This document shows positions 22,131 to 34,530 of a stretch of 64,000 nt of DNA, piece by piece (within the stretch, counting starts at the first letter, position 1; each line of letters opens with the position of its first letter). The stretch is from Leucoraja ocellata (lineage: Eukaryota): positions 4,216,001-4,280,000 of the forward strand of contig JAWMAR010000060.1 in assembly GCA_036785375.1 (NCBI GenBank), written 5' to 3'. A program made the translations under genes and the position numbers. The notes below the pieces were generated by a model, which saw only the letters and a program-made list of their open reading frames with translations, did not search any database and had not been told where the DNA came from.

Positions 22131-24227
22131 TCCAAGAATATACAGAATCCGTCATCGCATACATCAACAAATGTGTTGAGGATGTAACGGTGGTAAAAAC
22201 CATCAGGAGGCGTGCCAATCAGAAACCTTGGCTAACTGGGGAAGTGTGTTCCCTACTGAGAATCCGGAATGCGGCATTCAAATCTGGGGACAACGAAGCA
22301 TACAAACTGGCAAGGGGCAACCTATCCCGGGGGATCAGGGAAGCGAAGAGGCTGTACGGACAAAAACTCAATAGCCACTTCGCAAATGAAAAAGACACAC
22401 GCCGCTTGTGGCAGGGATTTCAGACCATCACTGACTACAAGCCCCCCCCCTGATGCGGATATGCCAAAACAACCCCTCCCTACCAGATGAACTGAATGAG
22501 TTCTACGCACGGTTTGAGGTTAAAAACAGCACCCAGACACGTGCACTACTGCCATCTCCCAGTGACCAGTCGCTCAGGCTGTCCGCAGCCAGAGTTAAAA
22601 AGGCCTTCGCCAGCGTCAATCCACGCAAAGCTGCAGGGCTGGACAACATTCCTGGATGCGTTCTAAGAGACTGTGCCGAGCAACTGAAGGATGTCTTCAC
22701 AGACATTTTTAACATCTCACTCAGCCAGGCAGTAGTGCCGAATTGTCTTAAGAGTGCCACCATCGTCCCTGTACCGAAGAAACCAAACCCAGCCTGCCAT
22801 AATGACTTTCGACCAGTGGCCCTAACACCCATTGTAATGAAGTGTTTTGAGCGACTAGTTATGCAGCACATCAAAAATAGTCTACCTGCCGACCTAGACC
22901 CACTGCAGTTCGCCTACAGAGCCAACCGATCCACAGAGGACGCAGTCTCAACAACACTGAACCTCGTGTTGTCACATCTCGATCGGAAAAACACCTATGC
23001 CAGGATCCTCTTCATAGACTTCAGCTCCGCTTTCAATACAATCATCCCGCAGCAGCTGGTGGAGAAGTTGGAGCTGTTGGGGTTGATGCTGGCACATGTA
23101 GCTGGGTCCTGAACTTCCTGTCGCAGCGGCAGCAGACAGTCAGGGTGGGCAGTAGGACATCAAAAACCATAGCCGTGAGCACTGGCTCACCCCAAGGCTG
23201 TGTCCTAAGCCCCCTTCTGTTTAGTCTGCTGACACACGACTGTACTGCCAGACTCAATAACAACTTCATCAGCAAGTTCGCTGATGACACAACAGTAGTG
23301 GGTCTCATCAGTGACAACGATGAATCGGCGTACAGGATGGAGGTGGAGCTGCTCACAGGTTGGTGCAAATCCCACAACCTCATTCTTAACGTGGGAAAAA
23401 CTAAGGAGATGGTGGTTGACTTCAGGAGGGCGGGGAAACATCACCATGCACCTCTGCACATCGACGGAGCTGATGTGGAAAGGGTCAGCAGCATGAAGTT
23501 CTTAGGACTACATCTGTCTGATGACCTGACGTCCACGGCCAACACCACAGCTCTGGTCAAGAGAGCCCAGCAGCGACTTCACCCTCTCCAAAGACTACGG
23601 AAAGCAGGCCTCCCCACCACACATCTACGGACTTTTTATAGGGGGACTGTCGAGAGCACACTGACATACGGCATCACTTCCTGGTTCGGGAGCTGCAAGG
23701 CGTACGAACGGCACCAACTGGACAGGATAGTGAAGACCGCAAGCAGGATTATTGGTGCTCCACTCCCCTTCCTGCTGGACATATACAAGAAGAGATGTAT
23801 CAACAGAGCCATCTCCATCATCAAAGACCCTTACCACCCATCGCATGACTTTTTCTCCATCCTCCCATCTGGGAAGAGGTACAGGAGCATTAGCTGCAAA
23901 ACCAGCAGGATGCTCCTCAGCTTCTTCCCACAGGCTATAAGTGTTAAATGAACTTTCCCCCCTGCCAAGTATCGCGCACAAACCCCCCACACTGCAGCAG
24001 AGCCACTGTTGTGCCGCTGCCGGTCGGAACGGCTGTTGAATGTTTATTAGAGGGTTAAATTTGTTCATGACATGTATTTTTTAATTTTAATTCCTATTTA
24101 TTTTGTAATGGAAACTGAATGGACACTGGTTGAGCAACGTTTTTTTGTTTCCTCTGGGTATGCGAATACTCAGGAAATGACAATAAAGATTTACAATTTA
24201 CAATTTACACAATTTACAATTACAACT
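22131..24227 (+). mobile_element. Rex1/Babar LINE, family B, RT ORF with two frameshifts
   Basis: [90 protein letters not shown]; tail (TTACAAT)n. Confidence 0.92.
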
Positions 24228-25057
24228 TAACAGTTTTATTCTTGTTTGTCAGTCTCATAATGGCTTATTTGAGTTTCATTGGCACAACTTTGGTCCTCAT
24301 GTTGATAAACAGCAATAAAAGTTTCCAAAGGTGATGGAAAGACTAGAGGAACGACTAGGTGCTGAGAGCTCTCTTATACCTGCATGAAGGAGGCAATTAA
24401 ACACACCTGAGCAATGACTAACGCCTGTGAAGCCATGTGTCCCAAACATTATGGTGCCATGAAATGAGGGGACTACGTATAAACACAGCTGTAATTTCTA
24501 CATGGTGAAACCAAAATGTATAAAAATGGCCTTTATTAAAACCTGACAATGTGCACTTTAACCACGTGATTTTTTCTATTACAAAACTGAAATTGTGGCG
24601 TACAGAGGCGAATAAATAAATGATGGGTCTTTGTCCTAAACATTATGGAGGGCACTGTAAATGTGATGTTGGAATTTGTGACAAGTGTTGTGTCACAAAG
24701 ATCGGTGTTGGGTCCCCAGCTATTCACTATCGATGTCACTGATTGTATTGGGAGGAACAAATTGTAATAATTCCAAGTTTGTGTTGAGTCAAAGCTGCGT
24801 GGCAATGCGAGAACATTTATTTTACATGGAATTGGAAATATGGAAAGAATAAAAATGGGGTTACCATAAATGGATGCTTTATATGAACATGGATTCAGTG
24901 CGTTTGAGGTCTGCTTCCATTCTCTATTATTCTATTGCTCTGAGCATCAGGCTCCCCTGTCCGACTTGGCATAGGCCAAGACTGGTTACAACTTGACCAG
25001 TAGCATCCTAAACCTTCAGAAATGTTTCACCCAGTAGGCTTTCAAAAGTCTACTGGA

Positions 25058-25357
25058 TGGCACAGTGGCACACCAGTAGAGTTGCTGCCTTAAGTGGGTT
25101 CGATCATGACTATGGGTGCTTGTCTGTATGGACAATTATCTTGGACGTTATTTCCGTGGCATGTGTTGGGTTTCTCCGGGATCCCTGGTTTCCTCCCACA
25201 CTCCAAAGACGTACAAGTTTGTAGGTTAATTGGCTTGGTATAATTGTAGATTGTCCCTAGTGTGTGTAGGGTAGTGTTAGTGTGTGTGGATAGCTGGTCA
25301 GCTCGGATTTGGGGGGTGAAGGGCCTGTTTCCATGCTGTATCTCTGAACTAAACTAA
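25058..25357 (+). mobile_element. HE1-like SINE
   Basis: GGCACAGTGGC, B-box GGTTCGATC, core, and tail TCTCTGAACTAAACTAAA. Confidence 0.8.
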
Positions 25358-25820
25358 AAAAAAGCCTAAGGTACAATTTTGGATAGTCCACTATCCTCCT
25401 CCACTGGAGGAGCTCTGATATTTTCCTTGTTTTTTTGAATAGTGTTGTGGGATATTTGACTGATACCCAGTTTTTCATAGGTGGAAGGGGTTTACATTGG
25501 AATGGACGTCAGGGTGTTCAATGCCCCCTGCTACTGTGCTGGGTATTAGCCTTCGTTATGTGCTCTATCCCATGATGTGAGGTTTGGATCCACAATCGTG
25601 GCTATGATGTTCTCCAACTGAAGACTCTCTTTCGTTTTTGCATTGAATTTTATTTCTGTGCTAATTTCCTCAGCTGAGAAGTTGTAAAAAAATAAAGAAG
25701 GCATGAAACAAGCAAGTAACTGATGTTTGTCCTATTGATATCTAACATTCTCTCTTCTGCGTCCACTGAATCACATTAGGCTAGCAACCTGACAAGTGCG
25801 GATTTTCCGTTTTTATCCAG

Positions 25821-25851
25821 TTTGCCTCGTGTATGTTGATATATGCTTTGC
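25821..25851 (+). other. Candidate 31-nt micro-exon
   Basis: Branch CTGAC (25789-25793), pyrimidine tract ending CCAG, donor TGC|GTAAGT; downstream TGCATG (26006) and ACTAAC (26093); open frames FASCMLIYAL or CLVYVDICF. Confidence 0.4.
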
Positions 25852-26825
25852 GTAAGTAAGTTGTGGTTGTCTGTAATTTTGTATAATTTTTCCATTACAA
25901 AAAAATCACTAAAAACAATCAATATATGTCTCTGAAATACTGGATTCATTTGCTCGAAAATCTTAAGAAATATGATTATAGCACACTGCTCGGTCTTCAG
26001 TGTAATGCATGTTTATTAAAAGGAATACGATTAGCCTCACAATGAACTTTTTTAAATGGTAACTTCACAGGAAATATATATCGAATCTCATAACTAACGT
26101 GTTGGTTAGAATACGGTCATTACTTACATTACAACCATTTTATTTTTTTGCTCCTGATGATTCATTTCAGGCTTGAATGTTTTCAAATCTTGCCATGCAG
26201 TGATTTGACATAATGAAATAGTTGAGCCTTCAAAGTGAAACAAAATGCACAACTGTAAAATTAATTATGGAGATTTTTTTCACTGGTGGGTTATCAACCT
26301 AACCATCTGAATGCTTCATGCGTTTATTTGTTACTGCAAAAGTAATTTCTAATGGGCTTCGTGTCAACATAAAAAGAGTGAAGAAAACCATCCGTGTGAG
26401 CAACCAATGTTTCGACTGCAGCTGAGAAAGGATGGCTTATTTTCCACTGTTAGTACTTTTATGTGATTGAATGGCAAACAGGAAACAAGTAAAATATTAA
26501 ATTTTGTAATTGCTTGGCATGCAGGGTGATACCAAAGAACTGTTAGAAAGGTTTTGATAGTCACTAAAATATAGGTATTAAAATGTTTTATTTGTGAAAA
26601 AAATTAAGCGTGGTTTGCTTACTGAGAGTTTGAATGATAACGTATCAAGGGCAAATAGCACAAGGTGTAAGCAATCATTTAATCTAATGGTAAGATTTAT
26701 ACTTAGTTTGCAAATGATCCTTCTTGTATTCTCCCCTGCTATAGTCTATTTCTTTTATTCACTTCTCACTTCTCTGATTTTCCTGCATCGTTAAACCTGC
26801 TTTACTTCTAACTTTTAAATAATAA

Positions 26826-27015
26826 GCTGCTGATGCTGGATATTGGAAATAAAAAGAGAAAGTGTTAGAAATTTTCAGCAGGTCAGGCACCATCTGTGAA
26901 AAGTGAAATGGTCAATGTTTCAACTCCAGAACAACTTCATCAATGTCTTCATTATTGCTCTTTCCACAGAGGCTGACTGACCTGCGGAGTGTTTATAACA
27001 CATTCTGGTTTTACG
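26826..27015. mobile_element. Old Penelope-like inverted terminal repeat pair
   Basis: TCAGCAGGTCAGGCACCATCTGTG mirrored by CACAGAGGCTGACTGACCTGCGGA. Confidence 0.45.
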
Positions 27016-27049
27016 TCTAACTTTATTTCAATTTGATGACTGGGAGAAG

Positions 27050-27278
27050 ACTATCTATCTATATCCTGATCTATTGTCTACCTCATTGGTGACTCACGGA
27101 CTATTTTTGATCGGACTTTACTGGCTTTATCTTGCACTAACGTTATTCCCTTGTCATGTATCTGTACACTGTGAGTGGCTTAATTGTAGTCATGTATTGC
27201 CTTTCTGCTGATTGGTTAGCATGCAACAAAAGCTTTGCATTGTACCTCGGTACACGTGAAAATAAACTAAACTCAACT
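27050..27278 (+). mobile_element. Rex1/Babar-type 3' UTR fragment
   Basis: GGTTAGCATGCAACAAAAGCTTTGCATTGTACCTCGGTACACGTGAAAATAAACTAAAC, similar to the 3' end at 8640-8710. Confidence 0.55.
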
Positions 27279-27484
27279 TGAAGAGATGATCAGTGGGAGA
27301 AGTTTTAGAAGAAGGTCAGATGGACTGAGAAGGAGACTGGAAGACTGGGGTAAAAGTGAGAAGTTAGTGAAATTAATCTGAGAGTTCACAAGAATAGCAA
27401 CAGAGCCAAGGGCGGGAGCAATCACGAAGGAACCTACCTGATATAAGAGCAGCACCTTTGTCATACCAGAAGAGGCAAAAGAGA

Positions 27485-27840
27485 ACTGTACAGCACTGGA
27501 ACAGGCTCTTCGGCCCACAATGTCCGTGCCAATCATGATGTAAAGATAAACTAATCTCATCTGCCAGCACATGATGCATATCCCTCAATTGTATGCATAC
27601 TCATGTGCCCATCTAAAAGCCTCTTAAACGTCACAATCGTATCTATCTCTACTACACTCCTTGGCAGTGAGTTCCAGGCATCCACCACCCACTGTGTACA
27701 AACCAAACTTGCTGTGCACATCTCCTTCTAAAATTTGCCCCTCTCACCTGAAAGCTACGTTCTCTAATCTTTGATATTTTCACCCTGGGGGAAAAAGGTT
27801 CTGTCTGTCCACTCTAACTGTGCCTTTCATAACTTTATGA
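27485..27840 (-). mobile_element. CR1 3' fragment
   Basis: GGAACAGGCTCTTCGGCCCACAATGTCC...TTCCAGGCATCCACCACCCACTGTGT. Confidence 0.65.
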
Positions 27841-27944
27841 ACTAAGGCTCATTTAACTACTGGTAGACCTAGCTTCAATGTTTCCACTTTTGCATTCACT
27901 GTTGACATTTGTACAAGTAACATCAGCTGAGCCATGATCGATTA

Positions 27945-28550
27945 ATGTGATCAGCCATGATCACATTAAATGGCGGCGCTGGCTCAAAGGGCCTAATGGC
28001 CTACTGCTGCACCTATTGTCTATTGTCTATTGATTGGCCAGGTGGGCTGAGGAATGGTTGATGGATTTTAATACAGAGAAATATGAGGTGTTGCATTTTG
28101 GGAAGTCTAACATGGGCAGGACCGACACAGTGGATGGTAGGCCTCTGGGGAGTGTTGTAGAGTAGAGGGATCTAGCAGTGCAGGTGCATGATTCCATGAA
28201 GGTGGAGCCACAGGTAGATAAGGTGGTCAAAAAGGCTTCTGGCACATTGGCCTTCATCAGTCAGAGTATTGAGTATCGAAGTTGGGAGGTCATGTTGCAG
28301 TTGCACACGACTTTGGTGAGGCCGCATTCACAGTATTGTGTTCAGTTCTGGGCACTATGTTATAGGAACGATGTTGTCAAGCTGGACAGGGTACTGAGAA
28401 GATTTACGAGGATGTTGCCAGGATTAGAGAGGGTTTGAGCTACCTGAGGACATAAGTTTATGGTGAAGGGGAACACATTTAATAGGAATCTGAGGGGTAA
28501 CGTTTTCACACAAAGAGTTGTGGGTGTATGGAACAAGCTGCCAGAGGAGC
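27945..28550 (+). mobile_element. Two abutting CR1 fragments (3' tail with (TCTATTG)n, then RT C-terminal part)
   Basis: LVRPHSQYCVQFW, RRFTRMLPGL; tail at 28012-28031. Confidence 0.75.
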
Positions 28551-28558
28551 TACAAGTG

Positions 28559-28652
28559 AGTCTGAAGAAGAGTATTGACCCAAAACGTTACTTATTCCTT
28601 TTCTCCAGAGATGCTGCCTGACCCGCTGAGATCCTCCAGCATTTTGTGTCTA
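28559..28652 (+). mobile_element. Penelope-like terminal repeat with decayed hammerhead
   Basis: CTGAAGAAGAGTATTGACCCAAAACGTT (GAAA box mutated) followed by CTCCAGAGATGCTGCCTGACCCGCTGAG. Confidence 0.65.
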
Positions 28653-28713
28653 ACTTCTGTGAATTAGATATCTTTGTGGCAGGGTAATCACTTCCCACTC
28701 AATGCCAGAGGTG

Positions 28714-28900
28714 AGGGTTTTCTCCAGGTGCTCTGGATTCCACCCACACTCTAAAGACCTCTAGGTTTGTATGGCAATTGGCTGTGGTTAAATGTTCCTT
28801 AGTGTGTAGGATAGTGTTATGTATGGGTGATCGCTGGTCAGCGCAGACTCGGTAGGCCAAAGGGCCTGTTTCTGCTCTGTATCTCTGAAGCCTAAAGTCT
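28714..28900 (+). mobile_element. 5'-truncated HE1-like SINE
   Basis: GGGTTTTCTCCAGGTGCTCTGG...GATCGCTGGTCAGCGCAGACTCGGTAGGCCAAAGGGCCTGTTTC. Confidence 0.7.
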
Positions 28901-30267
28901 GAAATAAAACGTGGGAGTGCTATAAAAGGGAATAAAGGCATTTTTGAATTCTTTATGTAATGTTTTTGATTTAAAAAAGTGTCACAAAATACCTGACTTT
29001 TTAAGCAAACCCTCGTCAATGAATTTGTGGATCCATTTTTTTTATAGGCAGAATCTTTTTTTCTTTTTTGGGGGAACTTTGCTCAATGTGTATGGGTGCA
29101 GATTGTGGAGAAGGGCCATCACTTGTGAACATTATGCATAATTCACCAATTGCTCCAGATACCATTCAACTGGACAAATACATGTAAATTTAGCAGCTTC
29201 TCCTATCATGTATAGATAGATATGCATAGAGAAGAGGGGCAGGGCTCACTAATAAAGCTTTGAAGGGTTTAAAAATCCATTACTGTTCAAATATGAGAGT
29301 AATGATCCAAGAATTACTGAAATATTACCACAGTAAGCATAAAAATGTTATCACAAGATCTTACCAATAAAAATAAACGTTCTGTATTCACAGCATTAGT
29401 TCCCTTTTACTATTTAGGATTATAAATTTATGAAGTTGTCACATTGTATAACACGTGCTGTGATAAAAAAACTTCAGAATTACACAAACTTTGTCCCAAC
29501 ATTACTTTAAATTGCTCTTGAAGCAACATGTTTTATTTTAGGTCTGAAATGTTTTGGAAATTTTCCTTCAATAATACCAACATTTGGGAACATTTGATTG
29601 AGTTCCTAAAGACTAACGATAACCGTGCAATGACTGGACACACCACACCTCCTGTGGGACCGGGTGGAGAAAATTTCAACTATTACCTGCTTCCATGATG
29701 TGATGGTTTGGAGAGGATGAATGATTTTTTTTTTGATACTTTCATTTTGACCACTAATGCAAATAACATGAAATATTACTGTGGCATTAGCCAAAACAGC
29801 ATGAATCCAAGCACTTTGGCAATTTGTAAATTTGAATTATGTTTGAAAATCGCGAGTTCTTTATTTCAGAGACAAAAGACTGGTAATCTAATATGCAACC
29901 ATGAAGCTACTGGATTTGATGTCGAGTCCAACTGCCTCACTAATGTTCTATCAGAAAGGGAACGTATTCTCCACCAGGTCTGGCCTGTACATAACTCCAG
30001 TCCCACCACATGAACAAGCCTGTCAAATGTATCAAGCAACTATCCAGTGAACAGTCCACCTCCATTGCATCAGAATGAGCACCAACTGCTTGTGTTGCTT
30101 GCAATTCCACATCCCGAGAATGAAAACTAAATTAGTGTTTTGATGATTGAAACACAAAATAAAATGCAAAAAAATTGCTGAAATGATTTCACTTTTACAA
30201 CCCACACTGAGAGAAAAGTGTGGCACAATACTTTTGTTGAATAAGTGCTCTCTTGTTTATTTACAAA

Positions 30268-30450
30268 AAGACACAAACTGCTGGAGTAAGTCAGCAGGTC
30301 AGATGGCATCTCATGAGAACAGAGATAGGTGATGTTTCGGAGTGAGGCCTTTCTTCAGACCTGAAACGTCAACTGTCCATGTTCTCCAGAGATGCTGTCT
30401 GACCTGCTGAGCTATTCCAACATTTTGAGTCATTTTGTTTATTAACCAGC
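30268..30450. mobile_element. Penelope-like inverted terminal repeats, interrupted by CR1 (resumes near 33295-33316)
   Basis: Minus copy with CTGAAGA...CGAAAC abuts plus copy starting GAAACGTC; AACCAGCA before and TCTGCAGTTCCTTGTTTC after the CR1. Confidence 0.6.
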
Positions 30451-30911
30451 AGCAGCCAGCTGCAGGTCAGATAAGGTTGTTGTAGGAGGGGATTTTAACT
30501 TTCCCAATATAGACTGGGGAAATCATAGTGTTAAGGGTTCAAATGGGGTGCAATTCCTCAAAAGTGTTCAAGAGAGATTTCTTAAGCAGCATGTAGAGGC
30601 CCACACACATGAGAGGGCAATGCTGGATCTAGTATTGGGAAATTGGGAAGGGCAGGTTAATGAAGTGTTTGTGGAGGAGCCTTGGGACCAGTTACCACAG
30701 TTCGATTAGGTTTAAGATAGTGATGAATAGGGACGGAGAGGGTCCACATGTTACCGAAAAGGGTAACTAGCGAGAGAGTGGGACCTCTTAGGAATCAAAG
30801 CGGTCACCTCTGTGTGGAGCCACAGGTGATGGGCAAGGTCCTCAATGAGTATTTCTCCTCTGTATTTACCAAGGAGAAAGTCTGTAGGATGGACGAACTT
30901 GGGGCAGTCAA

Positions 30912-31144
30912 GAAACAATAGACAATAGGTGCAGGAGTAGGCCAATCGGCCCTTCGAGCCAGCACCACCATTCAATGTGATCATGGCTGATCATCCCCAA
31001 TCAGTACCCCGTTCCTGCCTTCTCCCCATATCCCCTGACTCCGCTATTTTTAAGATCCCTATCTAGCTCTCTCTTGAAAGCATCCAGAGAACCTGCCTCC
31101 ACCGCCCTCTGAGGCAGAGAATTCCACAGACTCACCACTCTCCA
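30912..31144 (-). mobile_element. Young CR1 3' end nested in older CR1
   Basis: TSD CAGTCAA at 30905-30911 and 31145-31151; (TCTATTG)n tail. Confidence 0.85.
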
Positions 31145-31779
31145 CAGTCAATGGAAGTGTCTTGAGAGCAGTCAGTGTTACCGTTGAAGAAGTACTGAAG
31201 GTACTATCGTGTATGCAGGTAGACAAACCTCAAGGGCTAATTAGATATATCCGAGGACATTGCGGGAAACTAGAGTGGAAATTGCAGGAGCCCCAATTGA
31301 AATTTACGAGTCGTTCTTAAATACAGGAGAAGTCCCGGAAAAACTGGAGGGTGACAAATGTTGTGCCTCTTTTCAAGAAGGGCTGCAGGGAAAATGCAGG
31401 GAACTATAGGCCTGTGAACTTAGTAGTTGGAAAGTCACTAGAGAGTATTCTGAGGGATAGGTTATTCAGGCATTTGGATGGGCATGGGCTAATTAGGGAC
31501 AGTCAGTATGGTTTAGTACGTGGGAGGCTCACAAATCTGATTGATTTTTTAAGACGTGACCAAAAAGGTCGATGAGGGTAGAGCTGTAGATGTTGTGTAC
31601 ATGGATTTCAGTGAGGCATTCGACAAGTTTCCGCATGGTAGGTTGCTCTGGAAGGTTAGATCGCATGGGATCCAAGGAGAGATAGCTGAATGGATAGCAA
31701 ATAGGCTCCATGGAAGGAAGCAGAGGATGATGATGGAAGGTTGCTTCTCAGACTGGAGGCCTGTGATTAGTGGTGTGCC

Positions 31780-32300
31780 TAGAGATGCCAACTTCCTCAC
31801 TCCCAAACAAGGGATAAAAGGTCAAAATAAGGGACAAATTCCCGTTGGCAATTCGTTGACCGACTCGGCCGTGCTTGGGTGAATGATGTGTTGGCCTAGG
31901 TGCTGGACTGCATACAAAACCCATCCAGCGGGCCAACTGAGGAGTTTTGGCCTGGGCGCCGGACTTTGAGCAAAGTCCGGCACCCCAACCAACTCATGAA
32001 CCGATGATCAGCCATGAGAAGGAGGGGTGATGATGGCGGTTGTAACCGAAGGTCCGAAGGTCAGACATCTGGCCGGGCTACCGACCAATTGTGCCAAGGG
32101 AAAGGTGCTGCTGCTGCACTCCATGGGCTGCACTACAACGGGCCGGGTGAGGCAGGGTCGGATGAGGCGCTCCAACCTGACAGTCCCCTCAACCCGAGCA
32201 GCAGCAGTCAAATACAGGACAAAGCGGTCATGTATGTGACAAACCAATTTAGCCCAATATATGGGATGTCCTGGCCAATACGGGACAGTTGGCAACCCTA
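31780..32300. mobile_element. hAT-like non-autonomous DNA transposon
   Basis: TIRs TAGAGATGCCAACT / AGTTGGCAACCCTA; 8-bp TSD GGTGTGCC at 31772-31779 and 32301-32308. Confidence 0.85.
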
Positions 32301-34482
32301 GGTGTGCCTCAGGGGTCAGTGCTGGGCCTGTTGCTGTTGTTATCTACGTCAATGATTTGGATGAGAACATACAGGGCAAGATTAGCAAGTTTGATGATGA
32401 TACAAAAGTGAGCGGTTTGCAGATAATGAAGATGGTTGTGAAAGATTGCAGCAGGATCTGGATCAATTGGCCAGGTGGGCGGAGGAATGGTTGATGGAAT
32501 TTAATACAGAGAAATGTGTTTGGTTGCATTTTGGGACGCTGAACAAGGGCAAGGCCTACACAGCAAAAGGTAGGCCTTTGGAAAGTGTTGTAGAGCAAAG
32601 GGATCTAGGAGTACAGGTGCATGGTTCCTTAAAGGTTGAGTCACAGGTGGATAAGTTGGTCAAAAAGGCTTTTGGCACTTTGGCCTTCATCAGTCAGAGT
32701 ATTCAGTATAGTTGGGAGGTCATGTTGTAGTTGTATAAGACATTGGCGAGGCTGTATTTAGAATAGTCTGTTCAGTTCTGGGTACCATGTATTAGGAAAG
32801 AAATTGTCAATCTTGAAAGGGTTCTGAAAATATTTATGTTGCCAGGATTAGAGGTTTTGAGCTATAGGGAGAGGTTGAGTAGGTTGGGTCTCTATTCCAT
32901 GGAGCGCAGGAGGATGAGGGGTGATCTTATACAGGTATACAAAATCATGAGAGGAATAGATCAGGTAGGTGCACAGTCTCTTGCCCAGAGTAGGGGAATC
33001 GAGGTCCAGAGGACATAGGCTCAAGGTGAAGGGGAAAAGATTTAATAGGAATTCGAGGGGTAACATTTTCACACAAAGGGTGATGGGTGTATGGAACAAG
33101 CTGCCAGAGGAGGTAGTTGAGGCTGTGACTATCCCATTGTTTAAGAAACAGTTAGACAGGTACATGGATAGGACAGATTTGGAGGGATATGGACCAACCG
33201 CAGGCAAGTGGGACTTGTGTAGCTGGGACATTTTTGGCCAGTGGGAAAGTTGAGCCAAAGGGCCTGTTTCTACCCTGTATCACTCTATAACTCTATCTGC
33301 AGTTCCTTGTTTCCACACTCTGATGTTTATTATTCATTTCTTGCCACATTTGGGAGAACCTCACATTTTGTACTCTCTGTCACACCCAATTGGGTTCCCT
33401 TAACCACAGGTTAGACAACAGCAGCGGTGGACTGAGATTTGGCCACTAGATTTGCTTGGTACCTTTTTCAATAAGACTCCTGTGTGGAGTTACATGTTTA
33501 AACAGCTTTTAAATCCCTTGCCTTCTCCCACGAAGAAATGGATGGAGTGGGAATGGGGAAGGGGTGAAAACTAGGTCATGTGGATTATAGCAATAATTTC
33601 TAGTATTTCAAGATTTTGTCGAGACCTGGTTTTGCAAATGGGACAGCTTTCAATTTATCCAACGCAGAAATTACATGATTAGCACCTGATTTAATGCTTA
33701 TGTTCTCACTGGACATTAAATCCTTTTCATAATAAGCAATTGATGTTGTGTCACAATACAAGCAGAGGGCTCAAAGGTTGCAAGAGCATAGCAACTAGTT
33801 GTGCACACAATCGCACATTTGCTTCCATTGATATCTTTGGAATTAACATCAGGAGGTGAGTGCAGTCCCATGTGAATTTAGTGTTATTGACTGAGGCAAA
33901 TTTTTGTCTCCTATTTTTTTGTGCAGCTCAGATTGTATGGTATAATACTGAAAGCAGTTCTTTCTGCGAACCCTTTTGTCAATGAGGAAAGGGATTAAAA
34001 AAAAAAACTTGAGATGTTAATAAAGGTAAAAAAAAAACGATCATATCAATCTCCAAGGCAAGCTGCGCCAGGAATATGTGAATAAAGAGAAAGAAAATTA
34101 TAACAATGCTCTTAAATTGTGCATCAGGGTGAAGAAAAAAATCTACTGTAATCCCCATTAGATTAAACAGCCCAAACAGTTATATAAAAGAACTGGAAGA
34201 TATATTCTAGGCAGGTATTTCATTACAGCCGTAGCAAATTAAAACACAAATAGGATTAGAAAAGAATAATGTAACAATCTTCCACTGTATTCCCTGGAGC
34301 ACTTAGTCATAAATTGGGTTTGCATTTAGTGGTGTGGGGAGTGCTGAATACAGGTAAAGTGCTGCAGACTGGAGATAAGGCATTCTGGGCAACTGACCAA
34401 CTTTAACAAAGCTAAGCAGTTATTTCTGAGTGATCTCCTAATTTAACACCGTCATTTGTTAACTCTATCTTATGTGTTACAG

Positions 34483-34530
34483 GATTTTACTGAAATACCT
34501 CCTCAAAACTCAAATGCATTTGATCAAAAG
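34483..34530 (+). other. Candidate 48-nt exon
   Basis: Acceptor TATGTGTTACAG, weak donor AAG|GTGGCA; length divisible by 3; open frames DFTEIPPQNSNAFDQK or ILLKYLLKTQMHLIK. Confidence 0.25.

Larger units (their letters stand above)
20789..24657 (-). mobile_element. Tc1-like DNA transposon (5' half) split by three LINE insertions
   Basis: TIR CAGTGCCCTCCATAATGTT ends at 24657 next to TA; inner direct repeat (TGTCCCAAACATTATGG) near 24438 indicates IR/DR type; transposase ATG at 24300. Pieces 24234-24300, 21312-21365 and 20789-21031 read MRTKVVPMK...TLGLPKSTVWN IIKKKESTGEFTNRKGTGRTRKTS...TIRRRLHE...CKPLV with lesions. Confidence 0.85.
30462..33294 (+). mobile_element. CR1 LINE (APE end through 3' UTR), degenerate, with two nested insertions
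   Basis: GDFNFPNIDW, NVVPLFKKG...NYRPV, VYMDFSEAFDK, SKFDDDTK, RMRGDLIQVYK, FTQRVMGVWNKLP. Confidence 0.88.

Noticed and set aside
3465-23951. Reverse transcriptase ORFs as retron, DGR or group II intron systems
   Set aside because: Motifs, 3' microsatellite tails and truncation patterns are those of vertebrate CR1 and Rex1/Babar LINEs.
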